64,000 nt of DNA from Harriotta raleighana (lineage: Eukaryota). The notes under the pieces were generated by a model, which was not told the origin of the DNA, ran no database searches, and saw nothing but the letters and a program-made list of their open reading frames with translations. The translations under genes were made by a program, and so were the position numbers. The DNA lies in NCBI GenBank assembly GCA_050575255.1, contig JBNZDD010013639.1, positions 124,001 to 188,000 on the forward strand. The letters are read 5' to 3'. The stretch's first letter is position 1, and each line of letters opens with the position of its first letter. Below, piece after piece: positions 50,170 through 62,632 of the stretch.

Positions 50170-50437
50170 AATAATAATCCTCGCATTTGACACAACACTT
50201 TTCACGTCTTCTATACATCTCAAAGAGCTTCACAGAATATACTGTAAAGTGAATTGACTGTACATTTGTGGGCGAAACTCAGCAGCCAATTGTGCACAAC
50301 AATGTCCCACAGTCATGGATTGAGTAATCAATTTTTTTGAAGGATTATTATTAGGCATGTGGAGTAAAGAAACTTGCCCAAGGTTTTGCCTTACTGGAAT
50401 CGAGCCCAGATCTCTCGCTCTAAACACTGAGCTACAG
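50170..50437 (-). mobile_element. tRNA-headed Deu-type SINE, full length
   Basis: Reverse complement of the family, ending ctgagctacag. Confidence 0.85.
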
Positions 50438-51087
50438 CAATCAACAACAAGAACAACAACTTTCATAGTGCCCTCCATGTTGGGTGGCGTCTCAGAGCGT
50501 TTAAAGACAGCTCAGTAATTACACTATCCAGTGAGCCATTGAGTTACAGAGCAGATAAAACAAAAAGCAATTTAGATCCTTAGGTTTCACAGGGTTTGAA
50601 CCCATGATAATCACTGAATACACTGAGGTGTATTCCTTTATTGAGGTGACCTGTCAGGGGCAAAAACAAGTAAATGCCAGTGGTGTGGCAGACCAAGATT
50701 ATACCATGCCTGAAAAATAATCACTGTCCCCATAATCATTTTTACAAATCAAATTGATAAAATGTTAGTAAAAACGTTTGCTTATTTGCTTCTTTGGCTG
50801 TTGAAATTACCAACATCTTCAAGCCTCCCCACATTCTGGAATATCTGTGAGGAGCGCCCTGGGTTCCGCTACTGTTAAGCACTCAGAGATGCTGTCCGAC
50901 ATGGAGGGTGCTATTTCAATGTAAGTAGTTTCTGTTGGAACTTTATAATTGATAGATTACAGATCCGCTCTCCCAAGGACCAGAACAGCTTGATTCAGCA
51001 CTGCTGCCACAGTGATATGAGCAGCCATGGGACCCTCGTCCCTTTCTAAGGTATCTCAGCACACAGTGATGATAATCATTTGGTATA

Positions 51088-51400
51088 ATAATAATAATAA
51101 TCCTTGTATTTGATATAGCGCCTTTCACATCTTATCGATATCCCAAAGCGCTTCACAGAATATACTGTAAAGTGAATTGACTGTATATTTGTGGGCGGAA
51201 CGCGGCAGCCAATTGCGCACAGCATTGTCCCACAAACAGTCATGGATTGAAATGACCGATTTTATTATTGTGGTTTTTTTGGAGGGATTATTATTAGGCA
51301 TGTGGAGTAAGGAAACTTGCCTAAGGTTTCGCCCTGATCTCCTTGGATTTGAACACAGTTCTCACACTTGTAAGACGAGTGCTCTAACCACTGAGCCACA
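51088..51400 (-). mobile_element. tRNA-Val-headed Deu-type SINE with GTATA target duplication
   Basis: GTATA at 51083-51087 and 51401-51405. Confidence 0.9.
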
Positions 51401-51458
51401 GTATAGCCCCTTTTATGTCAGGACGACACCTCAGTGTTTCCAGGGATATACCACAAAG

Positions 51459-51776
51459 AATAATAATAATCCTTGCATTTGATATAGCGCTTTTCACATC
51501 TTATCTACGTCTCAAAGTGCTTCACAAAATATATTGTAAAGTGAATTGACTGTATATTTGTGGGCGAAACGTGGCAGCCAATTGCGCACAGCTGTGTCTC
51601 AAAAACAGTCGTGGATTGAAATGACCAATTTTTATCATTGTGGTATTTTTGGAGGGATTATTATTTGGCATGTGGAGTAAGGAAACTTGCCCACGGTTTC
51701 ACTCTGATCTGCCTGTATTCAAACATAAGTCTCACGATTGTAAACCGAGTGCTCTAATTACTGAGCTACAAGGGCT
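51459..51776 (-). mobile_element. tRNA-Val-headed Deu-type SINE with CCACAAAG target duplication
   Basis: CCACAAAG at 51451-51458 and 51777-51784. Confidence 0.9.
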
Positions 51777-51784
51777 CCACAAAG

Positions 51785-52153
51785 TGTAGTGACTGTGCAT
51801 TTGAAGGGAAAGATGGCAGCCTATTTACAAATTGCCATGTCCAACAAACAGCCATGAAGTGAGTGACCAATTCTATCTTGGGGATTGTTGGCCAAGGAAC
51901 CAGAAGAAACTCTCTCTTTTCAATCAGTGGCAACATGTTCTTTAACCTTACACCTGAAGAGGTATGTTAAAGAGCATGTTGTCACTTTAATGTTTTATGC
52001 AAAGGACGACACTCTGACGATGCAACACCTCCACAGCACTACACTGAAGTGTCATTTTAGACCATTGTGAGATTGAGGTCCAGATGTGGAGCTTGAACTA
52101 GCTTGAACTTCTGACTCAGGGGCAAGAGTGCTATTGACTGAGCCAGGCTGACA
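51785..52153 (-). mobile_element. Old SacSINE1-like DeuSINE (its tail lies at ~51401-51450)
   Basis: Minus strand begins tgtcagcctggctcagtcaatagcactcttgcccctgagtcagaag, matching the SacSINE1 tRNA-derived head as recalled. Confidence 0.75.
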
Positions 52154-52988
52154 TACAGTACATTTGAAATGGAGGATTCATGTGTAGGTTAAAGTTACCC
52201 TGATGTTTCCTGGCCTACAAGTTTTCTTTATTTGCTCCAAGTTGAAGATCTACAATGCTTCTTCTTCCTTAGAAGTAAAATGATTAGAGGAATGAGAGGC
52301 TCCTCCATTTCATGTCTTGGTTATTATATTCTATGTTTTAAACATCTCTTTGCCTCTATTTTGCCATTTATTCAAGCATTTCTAAACATCTGCTCAATCC
52401 TTTTCTTGAGGGATTATGCCATACTCCTCTAGTTTTATAGCCTGCAATCGTTTTTCGAAGGAAATAGGTTTTCTTGCTGTTACTCAAAACACCAAAGAAG
52501 AAAAATGTGCAGTGATTACACAATCCAGCTTTGAATTTAGAATTAAGTATGGAACAAGAGTGTCTCAATTTAGTGTTGCTGAAGTCAGACATTTCTATTC
52601 TGCTTAATCACATCAGGCAACAGTGAAATATCACATTGTATGTATGATGGCCACATCACTTTGGATACTTTTGTGAATTAGTGACTTTCACACAAAATTA
52701 GATTGTAAACTACCACAAACATGCTACATCAAAACAGTACCAAGTACTAAAGCCTACACAGACACAAATAGAAATGAAATTGAACAATGCATGTTTAAAT
52801 TTTGATCATCAGAGAGCAAACTTGATGTGGAACAAGGCAGATCAGCCTCATTTCACCTGAGATCGTTCGAGTCTCTTTGCTGCCACATTGACTAAATACC
52901 AGTATTGAGGCATACATGGGAATGGAGGATTTTAGTGACAATTTACAAACTGGCAATAATATATCAAATTACATTAAAAAAAACTTAC

Positions 52989-53133
52989 TCATTGAATATC
53001 AGGTCTGGTGCAAAGTAAAGCATTGTGCCATTCGTGTGTTTGAATGATCTCCAGCTAAGGCCGAACGACATTAAACACATCCAAGAATAACGGAGAAGAA
53101 CCATTTGGTCATCAAGAGCCAGAGTTCGGAAAC
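52989..53133 (-). CDS. NR3C2: NR3C2 exon 6
   Basis: tttatAG|...AATGA|GTaagt; 145 nt; [49 protein letters not shown]. Confidence 0.96.
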
Positions 53134-53358
53134 CTATAAAATACAAAGTCACAATCATAAAAATGCCAATTTCAAACAATGGACGGCAATTAATAAGAGG
53201 AATTCTTAATAAGGAAACTGAGTGAGTGAGGATTCCCTTCATTAACTGGAAGTATAAGACAGCTCCCCAAACAGACAATGCAATGAGCTACCTTATAATG
53301 AATTCTTAATATAAATTGCTGCATATTAAACCCCATTATGGGTAGAACTGGTATTACT

Positions 53359-53627
53359 GGAGTCCTGCAGCTCAGTGGTTAGAGCACTCCTTACAAGCGA
53401 GAGACCTGGGTTTAATTCCAGTCAGGGTGAAACCTTGGGCAAGTTTCCTTACTCCACACACCTAATAATAATCCCTCAAAAAAAATTGTTCACTTCACTC
53501 CACGACTGTTTGTCGCATTTGATCTACGTATATACAGTCAATTCACTTTACAGTATATTCTGTGAAGCGCTTTGAGACATCTAGAAGATGTGAAAAGTAC
53601 TATACCAAATGCAAGGATTATTATTAC
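53359..53627 (+). mobile_element. tRNA-Val-headed Deu-type SINE (internal deletion in core)
   Basis: gcagctcagtggttagagcactccttacaagcgagagacc...gcaaggattattattac. Confidence 0.88.
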
Positions 53628-53629
53628 TA

Positions 53630-54035
53630 CAGTAAAACCCCGATTATCCGGCACCCACGGGACCTGGCCAGTAGCGGTTAAACAGTTGAATGGATTTTTA
53701 AAAAAAGTTTTACTTTTTCAAAAAAAAATATTTTAACAAATGCCATATTAATAATAGACTAAATACTAACAGAATATTGTATTAGTACTTTATTATTTAT
53801 ACTTAATTACGGCAGCCCTCACCCGACAGAGATAAAAAAAACACGGCTTTTAAAAGTAGAGAATTTAGACCTGACCAGCGGCCAGCACCAGTACTCGCAT
53901 GCAACAGTCGATTCATTAAACACGTCATCACTATTTGCCGGATAACTTCCGGTTCATCGAATCGGGACTTTTTTGGGGATGGAGGTTGAACGGGTTTTCC
54001 AGTTCATTGCATCACGGATAAACAAGGTTTTACTG
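53630..54035 (-). mobile_element. MITE inserted at a TA in the SINE tail
   Basis: TA|CAGTAAAACCCCGATTATCCGG...CGGATAAACAAGGTTTTACTG|TA. Confidence 0.88.
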
Positions 54036-55557
54036 TATTTCCTTACATTTTGTTCAGTGTCTTTTTACATTATTCCTATTATAGCTCATGGTACTGAGAA
54101 GATATTTGAGGAAATCTGAAGATTAAAGGTTATGTTGTATGAAGAGAACAACTGGGTTATTTCTGGAAGTTGCCGCAAACAGAAAGTCATTTCCCCACAA
54201 TGGAATCAGCAGTTTTAATGGTGTTGATGAATTAGCTAACAATGAATTTAAGGTTGAGTTACACAGCGCCTAAACTTGGTATAAGTGACTTGAATAAAAG
54301 CTCATTTTAACTTCGCCTGCATAAAAATCGAGGTGAAATTACGATCCAGGCTTGTGTAGTGACACTGAATTGGTTTAAAAAACCACAAACATATTTTGTG
54401 TGCTATCTGCTTGTCTTTAAGAAAATTATACAAATTGAACCAACTGTGTCATAAGCCAAATATTTATAAGTCCTTGTAAGTTTACATCACTCATGTAATC
54501 CATCCAGACAGAGGTACAGTTTTAGAGGGTACTGCTGTTGATGTTTCTCTATTTGCAAAAGTTGTTTCTTCTAAAAGATGATGAATGATGTCTGCCTTTA
54601 TTGTTGCTGTGTTGCTACACCGAGATACCAAGGCTTTAACAACTGGAAGATATAAGATTTGAGCAGTTGTGTCTGGGATCTTCAGACAAGAAAGTTTTCA
54701 GCACAAATTGAGTTCTCCAGCAAATAAGCTTGTTTAAAGTTTTTCACAGATGGAAACTATAACAGAAATTATGTCTATTAAGAATAGGAAGAAAGTGAGG
54801 AATTTTAGAATTAAATGTACTGTTATCCAGTCAAGGTAGATGTTTATTGTGTGTTATTGTAACCTTAGCAAATGTATAATGTGCCACACTCTATTCTTAT
54901 AATTCCCTGTCAAAATAGCAATTAGAGCATCTACCTTGTGGGTATGGGAAGAAATCATTTGTGACACGATACAAGAAAATAGTGAGACAGTGATAGCTCC
55001 AAGGGAACTACAAACCTGTTAACAAGGGAATATATTACCCTTCAAATAACAGGCTAAGAACGGTAAATTTGAGTTTGTGATCAATAATCTAAATGATACA
55101 TTAGAGAGAATTAGTCATCTTAAAATGTATTCCTCAGGAATAGATGCAAATGTGCAAATATTGGTTTCTGACATGGCAATTTACAGTCCGGAGAAGGTTG
55201 TCTGGAAGTGACATGATGACGACATGATGAACCCGCAGATGTCTCAAATGGGTTAGAAATAGGGCAGCGGGTTATTGTATTGTTGAGCATGTTAGCCATG
55301 CCCTGAATAGCACTGTATTCCATATAACTGGGCATGCACTTCAACATATCTCTTACTGAAATTCTGGCCTTATATCTGTACTGCAGTAATAAGGAATGGA
55401 CAACAACAATAATAATAATAATAATCCTTACATTTGATATAGCGCTTTTCATGTTTTCCAGATGCNTTTTTTATAGCGCTTTTCATGTTTTCCAGATGCA
55501 GGCTATAGCTCTTGAAATCCCTTTTCTCAATGTTCAATCAATACAGATGATCAAATG

Positions 55558-55924
55558 CAGTAAAACCCCGTTTATCCGGCACGCTCGGTGGGGGGGGTCA
55601 ACTCATTTACTGTGCTGGATAAATGGGGGACAAGTTGCCAAAAACCCAACATAAAAAATTTACTTATTTTAAAACATACCATGTTAATAATATCTAGTAA
55701 CAGAATATTGTATGGATACTTACCAATAAAGCATTCCAGCACAGTTGGGAAATAAAATCGGTAAAACAGCATTTTTTACCAATCAGTAAAAAACCCAAGT
55801 GTGAAAGTTTAATAAGTGTGCATGCACAAAGTGAGCAAACTCGCGATTCCTGGAATGGGGAATTGCCCCGGGAGGAGGTCGAGCAATCCGGTTGATCGGG
55901 TCACGGATAAACAAGGTTTTACTG
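55558..55924 (-). mobile_element. MITE (short variant, like 16844-17262)
   Basis: CAGTAAAACCCCGTTTATCCGG...CGGATAAACAAGGTTTTACTG|TA. Confidence 0.88.
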
Positions 55925-57741
55925 TACAGCCAGCAGAAGAATGCCAAACAAGGAGTTTTCATGCTTTCAGATGTCTCGATTCAAATCGATCATTAAACCT
56001 ATTACCAATCCATTCTTCACATTTTAATAGATCATCTTTAATCTTAAAGTCAATTCACTTCACAGTATATTCTGTGAATCACTTTGAGACGTTGATAAGA
56101 TGCAAAAAGTGCTATATCAAATGCAAGGATTATTATTATTGCTAAAGAATAGATAGATGCACAACAGTGTAGATTTACAGGACGAAGCTGGAATTTTACC
56201 AAAACTTTAACTTCAAATAATTGGAGCCGTCAACATGCTAAATGAAACAATCATCTCCAGTTAAAGTAAAAGAAAGCTTTTCTTTGAAGAAGTCTCAAGA
56301 TAAGAGTAGAGAGTTAATCTAGATCTGAACCCGAAATAATCTAATAAAAAAGTAAATAAAGGTTAAGCATATTCTTTCTTAGAGAAACTAGCATCTAGGC
56401 AGAATTGTCACTGAAACGTCCACTTTCATTAATGTGGTGCAAATAGAAACAGAAAACAGTACATCATAAGTGCCACTGCAGTTTATCTCACAATTACACA
56501 GTGATGTGAGCCAACAGCTGCCACATTAACAAGGCCACTGTGAGGCCTGAGAGGTAACATGACAAAGGAAGATGGGGAAAGAGGAGGTGATGGAGCAATG
56601 GGCTTAAAGGAGGTCTGAGTATCCGTGTGTAATCAGATAGTTACTGACAGCAAATAGCATAGCAATGGATTGTTTAGTCCAATGCAACTCCAGTGTTACA
56701 TAGAAACAGTAGTAGACCATTCAACTCCTCAAGCCTGTGCTACCATTGTATAAGAACATGGCTGATCAGAGATCCTCTAGAAGATATGAATGCTCGAGAC
56801 TACCATGTCTGAGAGTAATCCATGTCCTACATAAATTGTTGTTGCTTTCGACTTGAAATTTTCACAGTAAGAACTGAAATACCAAAGACAACAAAAATGA
56901 GCCCAGTGAAATATAGGAGGATTCCAAGTCTATCATTTGAAAACTTCGTAAGAGCTGCCCTGACCACAGCTGTGGTCTGTAGATTGAATCTTACATGTTT
57001 ATAACAGTGAGAGAGCTTCAATCAACCATTAGGTGAATCTATTCGGCGAGACGGTAATGCAGCTTTGTTTGTTGGGCAAGACAGTGGTTTCAATGGGTAT
57101 GTTATTTTGGTACGAGTAATGTATACAGGCAGCCATGTTGAAAATAACTAAAGGATGAGTGCTACGAGTCCTTTAGGTATTTCAAACACTGTGTGTATCT
57201 AGTAATGGCAAGAAAGACCTCCCCAAATCTGACCACTGGTGTGCACCCAAACTCCCCTTTGTTGGTATCATAGGCAGGACTGGTCTAAATAGTCTTGCAC
57301 TTAGATTTGGAACCAGACACTTTTGATACATTTTCCACTTGATCGGTTCCCTCTCAGATTTTCTACCTGCCATACCAAGTTACCTATCTTGCTGAGGCTG
57401 AGGAGAGATGCCGAAACAAATGGAACAATTTTTGCTCTCTGAGATGAGTCAATGGAGACGATGTTCACCAACTGCTTTGAAGACCAATGTTTGAAGTCTG
57501 CTTCCTCTCCTTGGAATATTTTACCTTAAATTTCTTTTCAAATGTCGCATACAGCACTAACCAGATGTTGATCTCCCACAATGGGAAAAACAAACATACA
57601 CAGTGTAGGGGAGCTGCACTTCATATTCACAAAACAAAACACGTAATGGCACAGTGGCAAAGAAACTTTTTTTTAAACAGTGAAGGTGTTCCTTTGGAAA
57701 TCCCCACCAGTTCCACTCTAGATGTCTCTATTTCTATGTTT

Positions 57742-58185
57742 GCCGGCCTGGTTCAGTTGGTAACACTTTCGCCTCTGCCAGAAGGTTATGGTTTCAAGCC
57801 CCCAAGGTTGGAATTTTTGACTCACATAGTCTAAGATGGACATATGCGGTATTGTTGGAGGTGCTGTCATTCGGATGAGATGTAAAAAAAGCCAAGATCC
57901 TGGGAACCTCCTCCTGAGGTGGATGGCGCTATACAAATGTAATTTTGTTATCTTCCTGTTTAGTTAGACTTTAAATATCCCATGATACTGTTCAAAATGA
58001 AAAGGGTGTTTCTTTCTGTGCCCTAGTTAATAATCTCCCAAATAAAATTGGTCAATAATTTCACTGCTGTCTGTCGGACATTGCTGTGTGCAAATTGTTC
58101 ATCTACAAAATACATAGCCACAACACTGCTTTGAGTCCTGTGAAACACTTTGAGACATTATCCCAATGTGACAGGTATGCTACAA
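57742..58185 (+). mobile_element. Old SacSINE1-like DeuSINE with nested L2-type tail
   Basis: ggttcagttggtaacactttcgcctctgccagaagg...ggaggtgctgtcattcggatgagatgtaaa...gctgtgtgcaaattg. Confidence 0.72.
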
Positions 58186-59406
58186 TGTTGAGAATATTCA
58201 ACACTTAGCTTGCTTGAAACTCCAATCAATGGAAAATGGTCAACAAAGCACTGGTTGTCAAATCTGTCCTCTGGTCTGCACCCAAGCTCTCCTTTGTTGC
58301 TATCTTGAAAGAACACCAAGCATGTAGCTAGTCTGTAATTAGGGCCAACTGGAGTGGTCTCAAGCAGGAAGTTCCTGTCAGATTGGCATCCCATCTATCT
58401 GTAAAAGGTCTAGTATTCATCTGGCTCAGATCAAGCAGATCATATTTAGTAATGCACTGCACCCAGCCAACATAGCTAAACACTAGTTTCCTAAGAGATT
58501 GTTGCACCTCAAGCCAAACAGCAAAAATGATTCGCCAGATGACAAAAACAGGGTAACCAAATGCATAATCTTCCATCATTAGCAAACCAAATTAGAAATG
58601 GCCCTGTCATCAGCTTGTCTGAGCTCCAAGTGTGCGATTGACTCGATGTGACATGATTCCCAGACGCATCACAGTGATACTCAAATCGGTTCCCAACATT
58701 TGGAAAAGCCCCCTATTCATTCTCTTGAGTGAAAGGCATATCATATGTCTCAGTAGATGACGCAGTTAATCTGGAATCCAAGGTCAAATGACAAAGTTCC
58801 GTCAAAGTGCAACAATATAATCAATTTAATCAAGGTCAGGAACAAAAATGATCCCATAAAAGCACCTGACATTTGTGGCATAGAATCTCAGATTGTCAAT
58901 CTCATGTTAATCTCGGATTGTCAATGTCACATTGTATAAATGCAAGTGGTTGCTGTACTCTTTGGTACAGTAAAACCTTGATAGTCTGACATTCTGAAAG
59001 CTGGCAACTCCCTAAAGATTTCAAAATACAACAGTATTAGATTTTTGTTCCAATGTCCGGCAAATCTCCTGAAGTTCAGAACAGCTGCTTGTAGTTCACA
59101 GCATCACTGCTCTCTGATCTGGTGCTGTGGTTGGAGCTCCGCCATTGTTTGGCTTCAGTGCTGTGTTTACAGCTCACCTGGTGTATAGGGCGGCGCTTCT
59201 CCAGCCATTTATAGGTAGGTTTCTAAAAACCAACAATCTCTGAGATCTGGGAAGTCCGTGGGCCCAACTGGGCTGGATTATCAAGGTATTACTGTCTTCC
59301 CTCAAAAATCCCTTTGTACTTGCACTGCCTTCAAACCATTTCCAATAAAACCTACCACTCGAAAAGTGCAATTCATTGTTGCTGGGAATTCTCTTCAGCT
59401 ACAAAT

Positions 59407-59700
59407 ATAATAATAATAATCCTTGCATTTGATATAGCGCTCTTTATGTCCTCTACACCTCTCAAAGTGCTTCACAGAGTGAAGTGAATTGACTGTACAT
59501 GTGGGTGAAACACGGCAGCCAATTGCGCACAGCAGTAACGCACAAGCAGCCGTGGATTGAAATGGCCAATTTTTTTTTTTGACTGATTATTTTTAGGCAT
59601 GTGGAATAAAGAAACTTGCCCAAGATTTTGCCCTGGCTGGAATTGATCCCAGATCTCCCACTTGTAAGGTGAGTGCTCTAACCACTGAGCTACAGGACCC
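59407..59700 (-). mobile_element. tRNA-Val-headed Deu-type SINE, full length
   Basis: Reverse complement of the family, ending ccactgagctacaggaccc. Confidence 0.88.
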
Positions 59701-60660
59701 CACCTGGCCTCTGTCTGGGTGATTATCGCATACTCATTTTTTCCTGTTTTTTGAGTGTTTGTTCCATGACCACGATATTTTATATATATATTTTGTAGAT
59801 GACACAGTTCTCATATTCCTGCTGTCTGAGGTACTCCCGTAAATCCCTGATATAAGATAGTATCCCATGACTGAATTAAGTTTACCGGTTGCCAATGATA
59901 TTTGTGTTAGTAATTACACTCTGTCTACAGAATAGCAAGTGATTACAAAAGACTGGAAATGCTCAAAAAATCTTGGGCCTTATTTTTTATCATCAGTAAC
60001 TGGTAAACTCACTCGGTCATGGGATCCTAGTCTATCTGTGTAGTCAAAAAAATAAATCTAATATCTTTCTCCCTGACTCACAACATTTTGTAGGCTGGTC
60101 ATTGCATACCAGACAATCTTCTACGCTACAGACATAATGTTGTTGACTCTCAGTCTGTTACAGAGATGAAAGTCTGTTTCAAGGGCTTATATATTATGCA
60201 GATGTCTGATGATAACTGGAGCAGACTACAAGAGACAAACGTTGAGGTTCAAGTGTAGAATTGATCCAGGGTTGGCAGAGCATGTATTGGACTACAGTAA
60301 CATGTTTTTTACCTGCTGATATCTTACTGCAGGTTGGTACTTAATGCATCTGGAGTTTAAACGCTCTGGCAAAACATTGTTCATCTCCCTTTGACTTAAT
60401 CCAAGCTTCTCTCCTTCATTATCATTTTGTTTTTGGACATGATCCAATCGAAGAATTCATAACATGATGCATTTTATCCTCAAGGACATTAAGATACGTA
60501 TTACTTTGTTGACAATCCCACAACTGGAGTAAATAAAGCACCCGTGCAAATTCGATCAATAAAAAATAACATGAACTCTTAAGATCCACAGAAAACATGG
60601 GAAACCCCAACCAGCAAAGTCACAGACATGATTTGAGTTTGGGTTTCCAAGTGCTCCTAC

Positions 60661-60981
60661 CTGGAAGTCCTTTTGCCCATTTTACTATTCGAATCATCTG
60701 TTTCTCTGCCAACCTGTTCAAACTGGACAGCAGATGTGTAGTGTTGTCTGGCACACTGTTGTCGTAGCACGCATAAACCACTTCGGGTTCAATGACCTGT
60801 AGAATGGTAGTCACTGAGTGGTTGATATGCATTGGCAGGAGTGAGTAATGAGGGAAGGCGGCTGTGCTGGCTGTGGGTTCTGGCAAAGGAGCCGTGAAAG
60901 TAATCCCTTCCTTGGGGCTGTGTGGTGGCTGCTGATCTTCGTGCACTCCCTTTACCTTTCCCAGTTTCTTGGATTTGCGTG
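60661..60981 (-). CDS. NR3C2: NR3C2 exon 5 (hinge and LBD helices 1-3)
   Basis: ctgccctAG|...CCAG|GTagga; 321 nt; [26 protein letters not shown]...[44 protein letters not shown]; ARKSKKLGK is MR-type (GR has ARKTKK). Confidence 0.96.
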
Positions 60982-61644
60982 CTAGGGCAGAAAAGAGGAA
61001 CATAAATCAGTTCTTGCCATCTTGTAGGGATACTAGGCTTGACAGTTCACATGTTTGCTAGTTTTGATGAGTGAAGGATAAACAGGGATGAATGTCAAGA
61101 GAGAGCAACAAAGGACAAAATGTAAGAGTTTCGCATTTCTAATGCGCTGAAACCATATTGTTAAATCCACTCGAAAAGGGAAGAAAAATTGAATTGACCT
61201 CTTTGTTAATTTCAAAAATCAGCTGTGTATCGAACCTGATGCCTAAATTGTGAACGGGTTCCATGAGTTTGAGAAAGCCTAGCATTTGATGGAAGTATTG
61301 AAAGGAATGATGAAACGGACATCACACTGGGAAATCATGGTGCAAACTGGACCTTGTACTCCATGGTACCACCAGGAATTTAATATATTAACCAATGTCA
61401 CTTTGGTCTTTGAGACGTCGCTAAGATGTGAAAAGCGCTATATCAATACAGAAAGGATTATTATTAATATTATTATATTACATTGGTCTATGGTCTCCAA
61501 CAGCATGCCTTGCTAAAGAATCTTAAATTACATTTTCCATTAAGACGCTATTGTTTGTAAAACATAGTGAACTGTCAGTTCGGTATTCATATGTATAAAA
61601 TGTAGTTTCAGCAAGCACTGAAGTAACTAACTAATCACACTAGG

Positions 61645-62189
61645 NNNNNNNNNNNNNNNNNNNNNNNNNNNNNNNNNNNNNNNNNNNNNNNNNNNNNNNN
61701 NNNNNNNNNNNNNNNNNNNNNNNNNNNNNNNNNNNNNNNNNNNNNNNNNNNNNNNNNNNNNNNNNNNNNNNNNNNNNNNNNNNNNNNNNNNNNNNNNNNN
61801 NNNNNNNNNNNNNNNNNNNNNNNNNNNNNNNNNNNNNNNNNNNNNNNNNNNNNNNNNNNNNNNNNNNNNNNNNNNNNNNNNNNNNNNNNNNNNNNNNNNN
61901 NNNNNNNNNNNNNNNNNNNNNNNNNNNNNNNNNNNNNNNNNNNNNNNNNNNNNNNNNNNNNNNNNNNNNNNNNNNNNNNNNNNNNNNNNNNNNNNNNNNN
62001 NNNNNNNNNNNNNNNNNNNNNNNNNNNNNNNNNNNNNNNNNNNNNNNNNNNNNNNNNNNNNNNNNNNNNNNNNNNNNNNNNNNNNNNNNNNNNNNNNNNN
62101 NNNNNNNNNNNNNNNNNNNNNNNNNNNNNNNNNNNNNNNNNNNNNNNNNNNNNNNNNNNNNNNNNNNNNNNNNNNNNNNNNNNNNNNNN
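61645..62189. other. Assembly gap
   Basis: Run of N. Confidence 0.99.
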
Positions 62190-62632
62190 AGGCTAGATAG
62201 GCTAGGGTTATTCTCTCTAGAACAGAGAAGATTGAGGGGAGACCTAATAGAGGTTTATAAGATCATGAGGGGTTTTGACAGGGCAAATAGAGAAAAACTA
62301 TTTCCACTCTTGGGCGAATCTGTGACCCGTGGTCACAGATTTAAAATAGTTTCAAAGCGAAGTAGAGGGGAGCTGAGGAGAAACTTTTTCACTCAGCGAG
62401 TTGTTCGAATCTGGAATGCATTGCCTGAAAAGGTGGTGGAGGCTGATTCGATAACAACTTTTAAAAGGGAATTAGATCTTTATTTAGGGAGAACACGTCT
62501 ATTAGGCTATGGGGAGCGAGCAGGGCAGTGGGATTAAATCGCTCTTTTCAAAGAGCCGGCACAGACTAGATAGGCCGAATGGCCTCCTTTTGTGCCGTAA
62601 ACTTCTATGAATCTATGAATCTATGAATCTAT
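62190..62632 (+). mobile_element. Young CR1 LINE 3' end (uninterrupted ORF2 C-terminus, 3' UTR, (TCTATGAA)n tail)
   Basis: RLGLFSLEQRRLRGDLIEVYKIMRG...RRNFFTQRVVRIWNALP is the CR1 ORF2 terminus; stop at 62537; octamer tail 62604-62632. Confidence 0.92.

Noticed and set aside
55437-55499. Exact ~27-bp tandem duplication of a SINE tail
   Set aside because: Flanks a single N; probable assembly artefact.
57020-58920. Possible ancient reverse transcriptase remnant on the - strand (FANDGRL resembling FADDTKL)
   Set aside because: A single short motif with many stops around it; not supportable without a profile search.
173-60981. Alternative identity ARHGAP26 plus NR3C1 (glucocorticoid receptor)
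   Set aside because: The receptor has MR signatures (ARKSKKLGK hinge, LNRLA.KQM, Ser949 equivalent, SDQLP, LYFH) and the GAP matches GRAF2 ([29 protein letters not shown]). Only the YVEFL ending is ARHGAP26-like.
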